Of a stretch of DNA of 64,000 bases, positions 28,565 to 38,681 are shown piece by piece. Below the pieces are notes generated by a model. It made no database searches, was not told the DNA's origin, and worked only from the letters and a program-made list of their open reading frames with translations. Location: contig JAFUBO010000005.1 in assembly GCA_017460175.1 (NCBI GenBank), positions 21,082 to 85,081 on the forward strand, written 5' to 3'. Numbering within the stretch: position 1 is the first letter of the stretch; each line of letters starts with the position of its first letter. Position numbers and translations under genes: made by a program. Source of the DNA: Bacilli bacterium. GTDB taxonomy: Bacteria; Bacillota_I; Bacilli_A; RF39; UBA660.

Positions 28565-29188
28565 ATGGCTAATACTAAGAAAAAAAGTACTACTTCTAAA
28601 AATAAAAAAGTAGATAAGAAACTTAATAATTTATTGAAGGATAAGAAAGAAATAGAAGATATACCTGTAGTAGATAATAAGACTTCTTTGAAGAAAATAA
28701 AAACAAATAAAGAAACCACTACGAAACCATCGGCTAAAAAGACTAGTGTAAAGAAGTCAAATGTTAAAAATACACCTGTTAAGAAAACTACTACAAAAAA
28801 AACTTCTTCTAAAACAAAACAATCTACTACTAGTAGTAAGAAAAGTACTACTAAAAAGAATAACGCTATAACAATTACCACTAAAGAAAAAAATAGTTTA
28901 AAGAAGAATAATAAAGTTAGTGAATCTACTTTAAAAATGAAGCAGTTAACTAAACATATTAAAAATCTATATGAAAACGTAGAAGATATTCAAAAAGATC
29001 TTCCTGAAGATAAGAAGAATACTAAAATAAATATTGAAAGATTTATAGTTCAGGAAAAATATGTTGATGAAGCAATTGATAATAAGAGTTATAAGATATT
29101 AAATATAATTGTTTGGATATTATTTATTATTTTTATGATTTTATTACTTACTATAATTGCACTTATTGTTTTTATATGTACTTATTAG
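28565..29188 (+). CDS. Lys/Thr/Ser-rich (histone H1-like) protein with C-terminal TM tail anchor
   Basis: The N-terminal 110 aa are KK/TT/S low complexity. The C-terminal ILNIIVWILFIIFMILLLTIIALIVFI is a single TM helix at the extreme C-terminus. Confidence 0.5.
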   Translation: MANTKKKSTTSKNKKVDKKLNNLLKDKKEIEDIPVVDNKTSLKKIKTNKETTTKPSAKKTSVKKSNVKNTPVKKTTTKKTSSKTKQSTTSSKKSTTKKNNAITITTKEKNSLKKNNKVSESTLKMKQLTKHIKNLYENVEDIQKDLPEDKKNTKINIERFIVQEKYVDEAIDNKSYKILNIIVWILFIIFMILLLTIIALIVFICTY

Positions 29189-29250
29189 TACATTTTTTCT
29201 TTATTTTAAATTTAAAATATAATATAATGTTTTTAAGGAGAGATGATTAA

Positions 29251-29799
29251 ATGGATAGTGATATGATTATTTTAGATATTACTGATAAAATGGATAAAAC
29301 AATTGAAAATTTAGGAAAAAAATTCGCAACAGTTAGAGCAGGAAGAGCTAATCCTTCTAGTTTAGATGGGGTTATGGTTGAATATTATGGAGTTATGACA
29401 CCATTAAAACAATTAGCTACTATTTCAGTTCCTGAAGCTAGACAATTATTAATTAAACCTTTTGATAAAGGAGCTTTAGCTTCAATAGAAAAAGCAATTT
29501 TATCTTCAAATCTTGGTTATAATCCAGGAAATGATGGTGAAACTATCAGAATTGTTATACCGGAACTTACAGAAGAAAGAAGACATGAACTTGCTAAACA
29601 AGTAAAGGCAATTTCAGAAGAAGCAAAAGTATCTGTAAGAAATATTAGACATGATGGAATAGAAGCAGTAGAAAAATTAGAACTTCCAGAAGATGAAGAA
29701 AAAGGTATGGAAAAAGATATTCAAGATTTAGTAAATGAATATAATAAAAAAATAGAAAATTTATTAAAAGAAAAAGAAGAAGAATTACTTACTGTATAG
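29251..29799 (+). CDS. frr: ribosome recycling factor
   Basis: F..VRAGRANPS.LD...V.YYG..TPL.Q.A.ISVPE.R.L.I.P.DK and IPELTEERR match RRF. Confidence 0.9.
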   Translation: MDSDMIILDITDKMDKTIENLGKKFATVRAGRANPSSLDGVMVEYYGVMTPLKQLATISVPEARQLLIKPFDKGALASIEKAILSSNLGYNPGNDGETIRIVIPELTEERRHELAKQVKAISEEAKVSVRNIRHDGIEAVEKLELPEDEEKGMEKDIQDLVNEYNKKIENLLKEKEEELLTV

Positions 29800-29828
29800 T
29801 GGGTAATTTTTAAATATCAGGTGAGGTT

Positions 29829-30425
29829 ATGGATTTAAGCAAAATAATAAGTGAGCTAGATGATGAAGAAAAAAAACAGTATTTAAAACAAAATGCAAGT
29901 GGGTATTTTCGATACTTATATTATTCTAAACCATTTATTCCTATTTTAAAGAAATTGGAAAGTAATGATAAATTAATTGATGAAGAATGGAACTATTTAA
30001 TTAGAAGATTATTTTTAGTTACATATAAGGCAATAGATGAGGAAAATAATACTAGTTTTAAAGATGATGTGATTTATATATTAAGTAAAATAGGTATTAA
30101 AATTACTATAAAAAATGGACATTTATATAATGAATGTTATAAAATGATTAATTTTATTGAATCTATGCAAAAAGAAAAAGATATTAATGTAGATTTATTA
30201 AATGGAATTAATATTGTTGATAGTAATAAGAATATGACAGATTTAGATATATTATTAAAACAACATAGAGAGGCTAGTATTTTTAGAGATAATCAAAATG
30301 CTTATTATGCAGCATATGATAGCTCATTTAAGGGATTTGTAACTGAATCTGAGAAAAATTATATTTATTCGATGAATAGAAGTTATATTCGTGAAAAAAA
30401 TCTTGTAAATAAATATAATAAGTGA
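29829..30425 (+). CDS. hypothetical protein
   Basis: 198 aa with RBS aggtgagg. No motif recognised. Confidence 0.45.
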   Translation: MDLSKIISELDDEEKKQYLKQNASGYFRYLYYSKPFIPILKKLESNDKLIDEEWNYLIRRLFLVTYKAIDEENNTSFKDDVIYILSKIGIKITIKNGHLYNECYKMINFIESMQKEKDINVDLLNGINIVDSNKNMTDLDILLKQHREASIFRDNQNAYYAAYDSSFKGFVTESEKNYIYSMNRSYIREKNLVNKYNK

Positions 30426-30655
30426 TATAATTTGTGTATCAACGGGGATATAGGAGTAGTAATAAATGATTTATTAAAAGAGAGAGTATGGTTGGTGAAA
30501 ATACTTAATAATAATTTATGAATTCGCCTATGGAGTTCTTATTAATAATAAGCGTAATTCTTGCGTTAAAAGAATAGAGAGTATAGTAATAACTATAAAA
30601 TAAGGTGGTACCGCGAGAAATCGTCCTTATATTTTATAGTTATTTTTTTTGGAGG
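30398..30655 (+). promoter_or_regulatory. promoter (TTGTAA-17-TGaTATAAT) plus T-box riboswitch leader of pheST (Phe specifier) with terminator
   Basis: T-box core aaGGTGGTACCGCGag near 30602-30617. Terminator aactataaaata ... tattttatagtt followed by T8 at about 30586-30655. A TTC codon lies within gaattcgcc, the candidate specifier. Confidence 0.7.
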
Positions 30656-30661
30656 TATTTT

Positions 30662-31711
30662 ATGGAAAATAAAAAAATATTAGAAGTAAAGGAATTAATG
30701 AAGAATGATTTAGTTGATTCTATTGATATGAATGAATTAAATGATTTAAAAGTTAAATATTTAGGTAAAAAAGGTCTTATTACAGAACTTAATAGTGAAA
30801 TTAAGAATATTCCAAATGAAGGAAAGAAAGAATTTGGAATGTTAGTAAATGAGTTAAGAAATGAGTTTAATAATTATTATGATTCTACTAAAGAAAAACT
30901 AGATAGTATAGAATTAAATAAGAAATTAGAAAGTGAAACAGTAGATATTACTCTTCCAAGTACTAAGGTTAAATTAGGTGCTCCTCATATATTAGAAAAA
31001 GTAATAGAAGAAGTAGAGGATGTATTTATGTCTATGGGGTATGATGTAGTAGATGGACCTGAAATAGAGGAAGATAAATATAATTTTGAAATGTTAAATA
31101 TACCTAAAGGACACCCTGCAAGGGATGCTCAAGATACTTTCTATATTGAAGGTGAGGAAATACTTCTTCGTAGTCAAACAAGTCCTGTTCAAGTTAGAAC
31201 TATGTTAAAAGGAGAAGGTAAGACTCCAATTAGAATGATTTGTCCAGGTAAGACATATAGAAGAGATGATGATGATGCATCTCATTCACATCAATTTATG
31301 CAAATTGAAGGATTACTTGTTGATAAAGATATTAGTTTATCTGATTTAAAAGGTACTATGGATGTTTTATTTAAAAGATTATTTGGACAAAATATAGAAA
31401 CTCGTTTTAGACCAAGTTATTATCAATTTACAGAGCCATCTGTAGAAGTAGATATTACATGTGTTAATTGTCATGGAAAAGGATGTAATGTATGTAAGAA
31501 TAGTGGTTGGGTTACTGTAGTAGGAGCTGGTGTAGTTCACCCTAATGTACTTAGAATGAGTGGATATGATCCAGAAGTATGGAGTGGATTTGCTTTTGGA
31601 TTTGGTGCAGAACGTCTTGCGATGATGAAATATGATATTAATGATATAAGAACTTTCTATAATGCAGATTTAAGAGAAGTACATACATTTGATAGGGAGG
31701 ATGAAGAATAA
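30662..31711 (+). CDS. pheS: phenylalanine--tRNA ligase alpha subunit
   Basis: Class II motifs (GHPARD, FRPSYYQFTEPS, GFAFGFGAERLAM) plus the zinc-ribbon insert CVNCHGKGCNVCK seen in Bacillus PheS. ATG at 30662 follows ggagg. Confidence 0.9.
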   Translation: MENKKILEVKELMKNDLVDSIDMNELNDLKVKYLGKKGLITELNSEIKNIPNEGKKEFGMLVNELRNEFNNYYDSTKEKLDSIELNKKLESETVDITLPSTKVKLGAPHILEKVIEEVEDVFMSMGYDVVDGPEIEEDKYNFEMLNIPKGHPARDAQDTFYIEGEEILLRSQTSPVQVRTMLKGEGKTPIRMICPGKTYRRDDDDASHSHQFMQIEGLLVDKDISLSDLKGTMDVLFKRLFGQNIETRFRPSYYQFTEPSVEVDITCVNCHGKGCNVCKNSGWVTVVGAGVVHPNVLRMSGYDPEVWSGFAFGFGAERLAMMKYDINDIRTFYNADLREVHTFDREDEE

Positions 31712-34074
31712 TGATAAGTTTAAATTGGGTAAAAGATTATATAGATATAGAAGATCAAGATGTTTATGAACTTGCTACAAAAATTACTAAAGCCGGAATT
31801 AATATTGAAAATGTTTATACTAAAAAAATTGATAATTTAGTAATTGGTGAAGTTATAGAATGTGTTGATCATCCTGATAGTGATCATTTACATGTTTGTA
31901 AGGTTAATATTGGAGAAGATGTTCTACAAATAGTTTGTGGAGCCCATAATGTACGTGAAGGAATCAAAGTAATAGTAGCTAAAGTAGGGGCTGTATTACC
32001 AGGTAATTTTGAAATTAAACAAAGTAAGATTCGTGGTGTAGAATCATCAGGTATGATCTGTGCATTATTTGAATTAGGTTTAGAAGAGAAGACTGAAGAA
32101 AACTATAATAAAGGAATAGAAGAGTTAAATAGTGATGCTCCAGTTGGAGAAGATCCTATTACTTATTTAGGACTTGATGATACCTTATATGATTTAGATA
32201 TTCATAAACATCGTAATAATGATTGTTATTATCATATTGGATTTGCTTATGAAATAGCTTGTATTTTAAATAGAAAGGTAACTTTACCAAGTTTAGAGTA
32301 TAGTCCAATTGATGATAAAATTAAATTTAATTTAGAGGTGGAAACTCCTAAATGTAGTTATTATGTTGCACGTGAAGTTAGAAATATAAAAATTGGAGAA
32401 AGTCCAGATTTTATCAAAAAAAGATTAATTGCTGCTGGTATGAGACCAATTAATAATGTAGTAGATATTTCTAATTATGTAATGTTAGAGTTTGGTCAAC
32501 CACTTCATTTCTTTGATAGAGATAAATTAGGTGACACTATTGTTGTAAGAGATGCTAAAGAAAATGAAAAGATTACTACTTTAGATGGAAAGGAAAGAAC
32601 TCTTGATTCTAATGATATAGTTATTACTGATGGTAAGAAACCTGTATGTATTGCTGGAGTTATGGGTGGAGAAAATACTGAAGTAGATCTTAATACTAAA
32701 AATATTTTAATTGAAGCTGCTATATTTGATCCTGTTAGTATTAGATATACTGCTCGCAAATTAGAATTACCTAGTGAAGCAAGTATTCGTTATGGTAAAG
32801 GACTTTCTTTTGAATATACAGAAATGGCTAGTAGACGTGCTTGTCACTTACTAGAAAAATATGCGGATGCAGAAGTAGTAGATAGTTTTGTATTGGTAGA
32901 TAATGAGGATCATGCTGAGAAAATATTGGAATTTGTGCCAAGTGATGTTGATAAGATACTTGGTATAACTATTTCAGAAGATGATATGAAAAATGAACTT
33001 GATAGATTAGATTTTCCATATGAATTAAAGAATGGTAAATTTATTGTAACTATTCCAAGAAGAAGATTAGATATTGATGCTAATGTTAATGATATTGCTG
33101 AAGAAATTGGAAGACTTTTTGGTTATAATAACTTAGTAAGTTCACTTCCTTCTGTAGAAATTAGACGTGGTGAATATATTGGTGATGTTAAATATCGTAA
33201 GATGGTATCAAAGAGGCTTCGTAGTTTAGGATTAAATGAAGTAAAGACTTATACTTTAGTAAATCCTCTAATGGCTAGTAAGTTTATTTATGAAGATAGA
33301 AAGCCAGTTGTTTTACCAAATCCAATGAGTGTAGATAAGAGCGTAGTTAGAACTACATTAATTCCATCACTTATGAATGTATATGAGTATAATAAAGATA
33401 GAGGAGTTAAAGATATTTCTATTTATGAAATAGCTAAGACTTATGATGTTAATTATTTAGAAACAACTAAAGTATGTGGATTAATGACTGGAAACTATTT
33501 AACAAGTAGTTGGAGGGAAAATGTTAAAATTGATTTCTTTGTAGTTAAAGGTATTGTAGAAGATTTGTTAGATTTTATGGGTTATAATGGACGTTATTCA
33601 TTTGTAAGAAGTGAATGCGATGATCTTCATCCTGGAGTACAAGCAAATATTATTTTAGATGGTAAAGTAATAGGAATACTTGGTAAAGTTCATCCATCAA
33701 TACTTAAGAAAGATGTATTTGTATTTGAATTAAATTTAGATAGTATTTATGGAAAAACTAGTAAATTAAAATATAAAGAAGCATTTAAATATCCAAGTAT
33801 TTCTAAAGATATGGCTTATGCATTAGATAGAAATATATTAGTTAGTGATGTTATTAAAACTATTAAAAAAGCATCTAGTAAGATTCTACAAGATGTAGAA
33901 GTGTTTGATATATATGAAGGTGAAAATATTGATTCTAATAAGAAAAGTGTTGCTTTTAAATTAATATTTAATGGAATTGATAGAACATTAACTGATGAAG
34001 AAGTAATGATAGATTTCAATAAAATAATTGACAAAGTAGTGTCAAGTTTCAATGCTGAATTAAGAGATAAGTAA
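31711..34074 (+). CDS. pheT: phenylalanine--tRNA ligase beta subunit
   Basis: 787 aa. MISLNWVKDYIDI, the tRNA-binding domain, and B3/4, B5 and FDX-ACB-like regions. Start overlaps the pheS stop (ATGA). Confidence 0.9.
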   Translation: MISLNWVKDYIDIEDQDVYELATKITKAGINIENVYTKKIDNLVIGEVIECVDHPDSDHLHVCKVNIGEDVLQIVCGAHNVREGIKVIVAKVGAVLPGNFEIKQSKIRGVESSGMICALFELGLEEKTEENYNKGIEELNSDAPVGEDPITYLGLDDTLYDLDIHKHRNNDCYYHIGFAYEIACILNRKVTLPSLEYSPIDDKIKFNLEVETPKCSYYVAREVRNIKIGESPDFIKKRLIAAGMRPINNVVDISNYVMLEFGQPLHFFDRDKLGDTIVVRDAKENEKITTLDGKERTLDSNDIVITDGKKPVCIAGVMGGENTEVDLNTKNILIEAAIFDPVSIRYTARKLELPSEASIRYGKGLSFEYTEMASRRACHLLEKYADAEVVDSFVLVDNEDHAEKILEFVPSDVDKILGITISEDDMKNELDRLDFPYELKNGKFIVTIPRRRLDIDANVNDIAEEIGRLFGYNNLVSSLPSVEIRRGEYIGDVKYRKMVSKRLRSLGLNEVKTYTLVNPLMASKFIYEDRKPVVLPNPMSVDKSVVRTTLIPSLMNVYEYNKDRGVKDISIYEIAKTYDVNYLETTKVCGLMTGNYLTSSWRENVKIDFFVVKGIVEDLLDFMGYNGRYSFVRSECDDLHPGVQANIILDGKVIGILGKVHPSILKKDVFVFELNLDSIYGKTSKLKYKEAFKYPSISKDMAYALDRNILVSDVIKTIKKASSKILQDVEVFDIYEGENIDSNKKSVAFKLIFNGIDRTLTDEEVMIDFNKIIDKVVSSFNAELRDK

Positions 34075-34131
34075 TTTATCTCTTTTATTTTTTATTTCTT
34101 AGTTATAAAATTATATTAGGAGAGTGAAATT

Positions 34132-34290
34132 ATGAAGAGTACTGACAAAGATATTGAAATTTTAAGCGAAACAAATTCTGTGGATAATAAGAATAGTAAT
34201 CTTAATAAAGATAGTGTTATGTTAATGTTTATAGTTATGGGGGCTATGTTATTTATTATGGTTATGTTTGGCATTTATTTTTTGTTTTAA
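34132..34290 (+). CDS. small (52 aa) membrane protein, hypothetical
   Basis: Not in the ORF track because it is under 60 aa. RBS aggagag lies 8 nt upstream. C-terminal TM helix LMFIVMGAMLFIMVMFGIYFLF. Followed by a terminator. Confidence 0.3.
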   Translation: MKSTDKDIEILSETNSVDNKNSNLNKDSVMLMFIVMGAMLFIMVMFGIYFLF

Positions 34291-34313
34291 TATAAGATGA
34301 TTTAATAATTAAA

Positions 34314-34337
34314 GGACTAGTAACTAGCCTTTTTTTG
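34314..34337 (+). terminator. rho-independent terminator after pheST
   Basis: ggactagt/actagcc imperfect hairpin followed by T7. Confidence 0.45.
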
Positions 34338-34381
34338 TTTTAATTTAATTTAATTTGTTGTAAAATAAAGTTGGTGGTAGT

Positions 34382-35020
34382 ATGCAACTAACTTATAATA
34401 ATAAAGATTATGATATTGTTATAAATAAGAAATTAAATCAAAAAAATACTTATATACGTGTAAAAAAAGATTTAAAAGTAACCATAACTACTAATTATTT
34501 TGTGACTAATTATTCTATAGAAAAATTAGTTCGAGATAATTTTGATAAAATATGTAAAATGATTGATTTTCAGGAAAAGAAAATCAAAAATAATAATGGG
34601 TTCTTTTATCTAGGAAAACAATACGTTGTAGTATATTCTGATAATCCTGGTATTAAATTTGATAATAATAAGGTATATATAAACTATGATCTTGATATAG
34701 ATTCTTGGTATAAGAAAGAAGCAAAAAAATTATTTTTGGAAAGGCTTGATTATAATTATTCTAAATTTACTAAGACAATACCTTATCCTAAACTTAGAAT
34801 TAGGAAGATGAGTACTAGATGGGGTGTATGTAATATAAAGACTCATATTATTACGTTGAATTTAGAACTTATTAAAAGGGATATTTCATATTTAGATTAT
34901 GTTATTATTCATGAAATGAGTCATTTAGTTCATGGCGATCATTCAAGAAGTTTTTGGAAATTAGTAGAGAATAATATGCCTGAATATAAAAAATACAAAG
35001 AAGAAATGAAGGAATTTTAA
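34382..35020 (+). CDS. YgjP-like M48-family metal-dependent hydrolase (DUF45)
   Basis: C-terminal HEMSHLVH zinc motif and the overall YgjP pattern (W....R.....YIRV). Confidence 0.7.
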   Translation: MQLTYNNKDYDIVINKKLNQKNTYIRVKKDLKVTITTNYFVTNYSIEKLVRDNFDKICKMIDFQEKKIKNNNGFFYLGKQYVVVYSDNPGIKFDNNKVYINYDLDIDSWYKKEAKKLFLERLDYNYSKFTKTIPYPKLRIRKMSTRWGVCNIKTHIITLNLELIKRDISYLDYVIIHEMSHLVHGDHSRSFWKLVENNMPEYKKYKEEMKEF

Positions 35021-35748
35021 TGGTAATTACGAGTTTAGATAATAATAAAATTAAAGATTTAATAAAATTGAGTATGAAAAAATATCGAGATTTAACTAAT
35101 ACTTTTATAGTAGAAACACCACATTTAGTAGAAGAGGCTTATAAAAGTGGAATTGTAAAAGAGATATATTTGATTGAAGGAGAAACAGTTGATTATGACA
35201 TTCCAGTTACTTATGTTAGTAATGAGGTAATGAAGAAAATTACTACTATGGATAATCCTAGTACTATGATAGCTTTATGTGAAAAGAAAAATAGTAATGA
35301 AATTATTGGAAATAAAATATTATTATTAGATAATATTCAGGATCCAGGTAATTTAGGAACTATTATACGTAGTAGTGTAGCTTTTAATGTTGATACTATC
35401 GTATTATCATTAGAAACAGTAGATTTATATAATCCAAAGGTATTAAGGTCAACACAAGGAATGTTTTGTCATGTAAATATAATTACTATGAATGTAATTG
35501 ATGCTATTAACGAGATTAAAAAGAGAGGTATAAAAGTATATGGTACTAATGTTAATAGTGGAAATGATGTTAGAGATATAGATAATACTTCCAGTTATGC
35601 ATTAGTTATGGGAAATGAAGGTAATGGGGTAAAACAGGAAATACTAGATATGTGTGATAGTAATTTATATATAAAAATGAATAAAAAAGCTGAGAGCTTA
35701 AATGTAGGGGTAGCTTGTAGTATATTATTATATGAATTGGAGAGATAA
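35020..35748 (+). CDS. TrmH/SpoU family RNA 2'-O-methyltransferase
   Basis: LLDNIQDPGNLGTIIRS..AF and the C-terminal knot motifs (LVMGNEGNGV, SLNVGVACSILLYE). Confidence 0.75.
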   Translation: MVITSLDNNKIKDLIKLSMKKYRDLTNTFIVETPHLVEEAYKSGIVKEIYLIEGETVDYDIPVTYVSNEVMKKITTMDNPSTMIALCEKKNSNEIIGNKILLLDNIQDPGNLGTIIRSSVAFNVDTIVLSLETVDLYNPKVLRSTQGMFCHVNIITMNVIDAINEIKKRGIKVYGTNVNSGNDVRDIDNTSSYALVMGNEGNGVKQEILDMCDSNLYIKMNKKAESLNVGVACSILLYELER

Positions 35749-35749
35749 T

Positions 35750-36229
35750 ATGAATGTATTAATTGGTAAAATTGTATCTTGCCATGGTATTAAAGGAGAA
35801 TTAAAAATATTAAGTGATTTTCCATATAAATATAAAGTGTTTAAAATAGGTAATAAATTAATAATAGATAACAAAGAATATATTATTAAGAGTTATCGTG
35901 TTCATAAAAATTTTGATATGGTAACTTTAAATGATTATACTGATATTAATGAAGTTTTATTTTTATTAAAAAAGAATGTTTATTTTTCTGAAGAAAATTT
36001 AGATTTAGATGATAATCAGGTATTAGATGAAGATTTAATAAAGTATGATGTATTGACAAATGATGGAAAAAAAGGCAAAATAAAAGAGATTTTTTTGGCA
36101 AGTCCAAATAATAAAATAATTAGAGTGTTATTTGATAGGGAAGTATTAATTCCTATGAATTCTCCATTTATTAAAAATATTGATAAGAATAAAAAAGTAT
36201 TATATGTAGAATTAGTAGATGGAATGTAA
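35750..36229 (+). CDS. rimM: 16S rRNA processing protein RimM
   Basis: MNVLIGKIVSCHGIKGELKI matches the RimM N-terminus. ATG lies directly after the upstream stop. The track begins at an in-frame ATG at 35732. Confidence 0.8.
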   Translation: MNVLIGKIVSCHGIKGELKILSDFPYKYKVFKIGNKLIIDNKEYIIKSYRVHKNFDMVTLNDYTDINEVLFLLKKNVYFSEENLDLDDNQVLDEDLIKYDVLTNDGKKGKIKEIFLASPNNKIIRVLFDREVLIPMNSPFIKNIDKNKKVLYVELVDGM

Positions 36230-36239
36230 AGGTGGTATT

Positions 36240-36905
36240 ATGAAAATAGATATTTTAACTTTATTTCCTAATATGTTTGATGGTGTTTTTACAGAGTCAA
36301 TTATCAAAAGAGCTTGTGAATTAGGTAAAGTAGAAATTAATCTAATTAATTTTAGAGATTTCACAAAAGATCCTCATAATAAGGTTGATGATACACCTTA
36401 TGGTGGAGGAGCAGGTATGGTACTAATGGCTCAACCAATATTTGATTGTGTAAAATCTTTAAAAACAGATGATAGTAAAGTTATTTTATTAACACCTAGT
36501 GGTATTAAATATAAACAGGAAATTGCTTATGATTTAAAAAATGAAAAACATTTAATAATTATTTGTGGACATTATGAAGGTTTTGATGAAAGAATTAAAA
36601 GTATTTGTGATTTAGAACTTAGTATAGGTGATTATGTTTTAACTGGTGGTGAAATTCCTGCTATGGTTTTAGTTGATTCAATAACTAGGTTATTAGATGG
36701 TGTAATTACAAGTGAATCTCATATTAATGATTCATTTAATAATAATTTATTAGATTACCCTTCATATACAAAACCTAGAGTATATGAAGGTATGGAGGTT
36801 CCTGAAGTTTTACTTTCAGGAAATCATAAAAAAATTGATGAATATCGTCATCAAGAACAAATAAGAATTACAAAAGAAAATAGACCAGATTTATTAGATG
36901 AGTAG
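36240..36905 (+). CDS. trmD: tRNA (guanine37-N1)-methyltransferase
   Basis: MKIDILTLFPNMF, YGGGAGMVL and IICGHYEGFDER match TrmD. Confidence 0.9.
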   Translation: MKIDILTLFPNMFDGVFTESIIKRACELGKVEINLINFRDFTKDPHNKVDDTPYGGGAGMVLMAQPIFDCVKSLKTDDSKVILLTPSGIKYKQEIAYDLKNEKHLIIICGHYEGFDERIKSICDLELSIGDYVLTGGEIPAMVLVDSITRLLDGVITSESHINDSFNNNLLDYPSYTKPRVYEGMEVPEVLLSGNHKKIDEYRHQEQIRITKENRPDLLDE

Positions 36906-36913
36906 GTGGTATT

Positions 36914-37366
36914 ATGTATTCTCTTAATAATAAAAAATACAAAAATAAAGGTAAATTAATTGATAAAGCAGATATTTTAAATATAGAAGGTTTTATGATG
37001 GGATCAAAAAATAAAATCTTTAAAATTGATGGAGAAAGTATTAAAGATATAAGAGTAGTTGATACAAAGTTAGCATCTAGTTTGGTTAGTAAACAGGTAT
37101 TTAAAAAATATAATAAACTAATTAATTATTTAACAGAGTTATTGACATCAGATGATGATAGTGGAGAAAGTTGTAGACAAGCTTTAAATCAAATAGAAAG
37201 ATTTAGAGTTGAAATAAAAACTAAATATAGAAAATTTTTAAAGCAAAAAGAATTAGAGACCATGTCTAAGCAATTAATTATATTACAAAAAGAAGCTCAT
37301 AAAAAAATGATAGAAATTGCTGAGAAATTAAATGAATATAAAAATGAAAATAAAAGAAGTAAATGA
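36914..37366 (+). CDS. hypothetical protein, occupying the position where rplS usually follows trmD
   Basis: 150 aa, coiled-coil-like C-terminus, not similar to L19. Confidence 0.4.
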   Translation: MYSLNNKKYKNKGKLIDKADILNIEGFMMGSKNKIFKIDGESIKDIRVVDTKLASSLVSKQVFKKYNKLINYLTELLTSDDDSGESCRQALNQIERFRVEIKTKYRKFLKQKELETMSKQLIILQKEAHKKMIEIAEKLNEYKNENKRSK

Positions 37367-37463
37367 TATTTCTTTTTCTTGTTATGTTATGGTATACTTT
37401 TAATAGAATAATATTTTATGTTATTCATATATTGATATAAAGGGCTGGTTAAGAGGTGATATT

Positions 37464-38594
37464 ATGAGAAAAAATGATGATAAATTTGAATTTGTTGATA
37501 TAGAAGAATTAATTAATGATAATTCTAGTGAAAAAGAAAAAGTACCAGCTTTAGAAAAGGCTAATTCAAATGATGAGGATACTGGTAAAAAAAAGGGTTT
37601 TAGAATACATTTTAGTTTTGAAGTTAGAATTATTACATTTATTGTATTAATATTATTTTTATTCTTTACTGCTTGTTTTCTAGCTTTTAATGTTATTAAT
37701 CATACAACTCATGAAGAATTAATATATAAAGAATATACTACAGTAAACTATAAAGTATGTTTGAAGAATTCAAGTTGTGTGGATGAGAATAATCACTATA
37801 ATGTAGATGATTTAGATAATATAAAAATTTCTTTTGATTATAATGCTGATTATGATGAAATAATTAAATATAATAATTCTTATTATATAAATGCAATATC
37901 AAGAGTTTATAATAAAGAAGATAATTCAATTATTTATTATGAAAAAGAAAATTATTTAGTCGATAATACAGAATTAAAAGGTAAAGATAAAAGTTTTTCT
38001 ATTAATGAATCAGTTACTTTAGATTATAACAAATATAAAGAGTTAATAAATGATTATAATAGAGATGATTCATATTCTGAAGTTGAAGTAGTATTATATT
38101 TAACAGATAAAAATGAAACTAGAAAAATATCATCGTTAGTAATACCTTTAGTTAATGATAATATGGTAATAAGTAAAAATAATAAGGACGAATTAACTAG
38201 AATTGAAGATAGAGAAGTTAGTTTATGGGATAGTTATAGTATTACATGTGCAATTTTTTCTTCATTATTGACTATTTGTTCTTTATTTGCAATTTATAAA
38301 GTATCTAAATTAGTATTTGATGTTTATAATAATAGAAGTAGATATGAACAAGAAGTAGATAATATTCTTAAAAAATATGACAGTATTATAGTAGTTGCAC
38401 GAGATGGTTATGAAACAATTTCAGAAAAAGAAATTGTTAAATTAGATACATTTGATAATTTATTAGAAGTAAAGAATAATATAAATAAGCCAGTTATATT
38501 TTCTAAGATAAATGATGTAAAATGTGAATTTATTATAGAAGATGATGAAAAATTGTATAAATATGTGTTAAAGGAAGCTGATTTTCAAAAATAA
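37464..38594 (+). CDS. hypothetical two-TM membrane protein
   Basis: 376 aa. TM helices at ~55-75 and ~255-275. No motif recognised. Confidence 0.45.
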   Translation: MRKNDDKFEFVDIEELINDNSSEKEKVPALEKANSNDEDTGKKKGFRIHFSFEVRIITFIVLILFLFFTACFLAFNVINHTTHEELIYKEYTTVNYKVCLKNSSCVDENNHYNVDDLDNIKISFDYNADYDEIIKYNNSYYINAISRVYNKEDNSIIYYEKENYLVDNTELKGKDKSFSINESVTLDYNKYKELINDYNRDDSYSEVEVVLYLTDKNETRKISSLVIPLVNDNMVISKNNKDELTRIEDREVSLWDSYSITCAIFSSLLTICSLFAIYKVSKLVFDVYNNRSRYEQEVDNILKKYDSIIVVARDGYETISEKEIVKLDTFDNLLEVKNNINKPVIFSKINDVKCEFIIEDDEKLYKYVLKEADFQK

Positions 38595-38681
38595 TTCTTG
38601 AAAATACAATAAATTGTGTTATAATACATACAGAAAGGAGTGAGAATATAGTTTCTCACTCTTATTATTTGGGAGGTGTTT

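Noticed and set aside
28507-28881. Minus-strand 124-aa ORF
   Set aside because: Antisense to the 28565-29188 K/T-rich CDS. Poly-Phe/Val translation is the complement of the AAA/ACA codon run.
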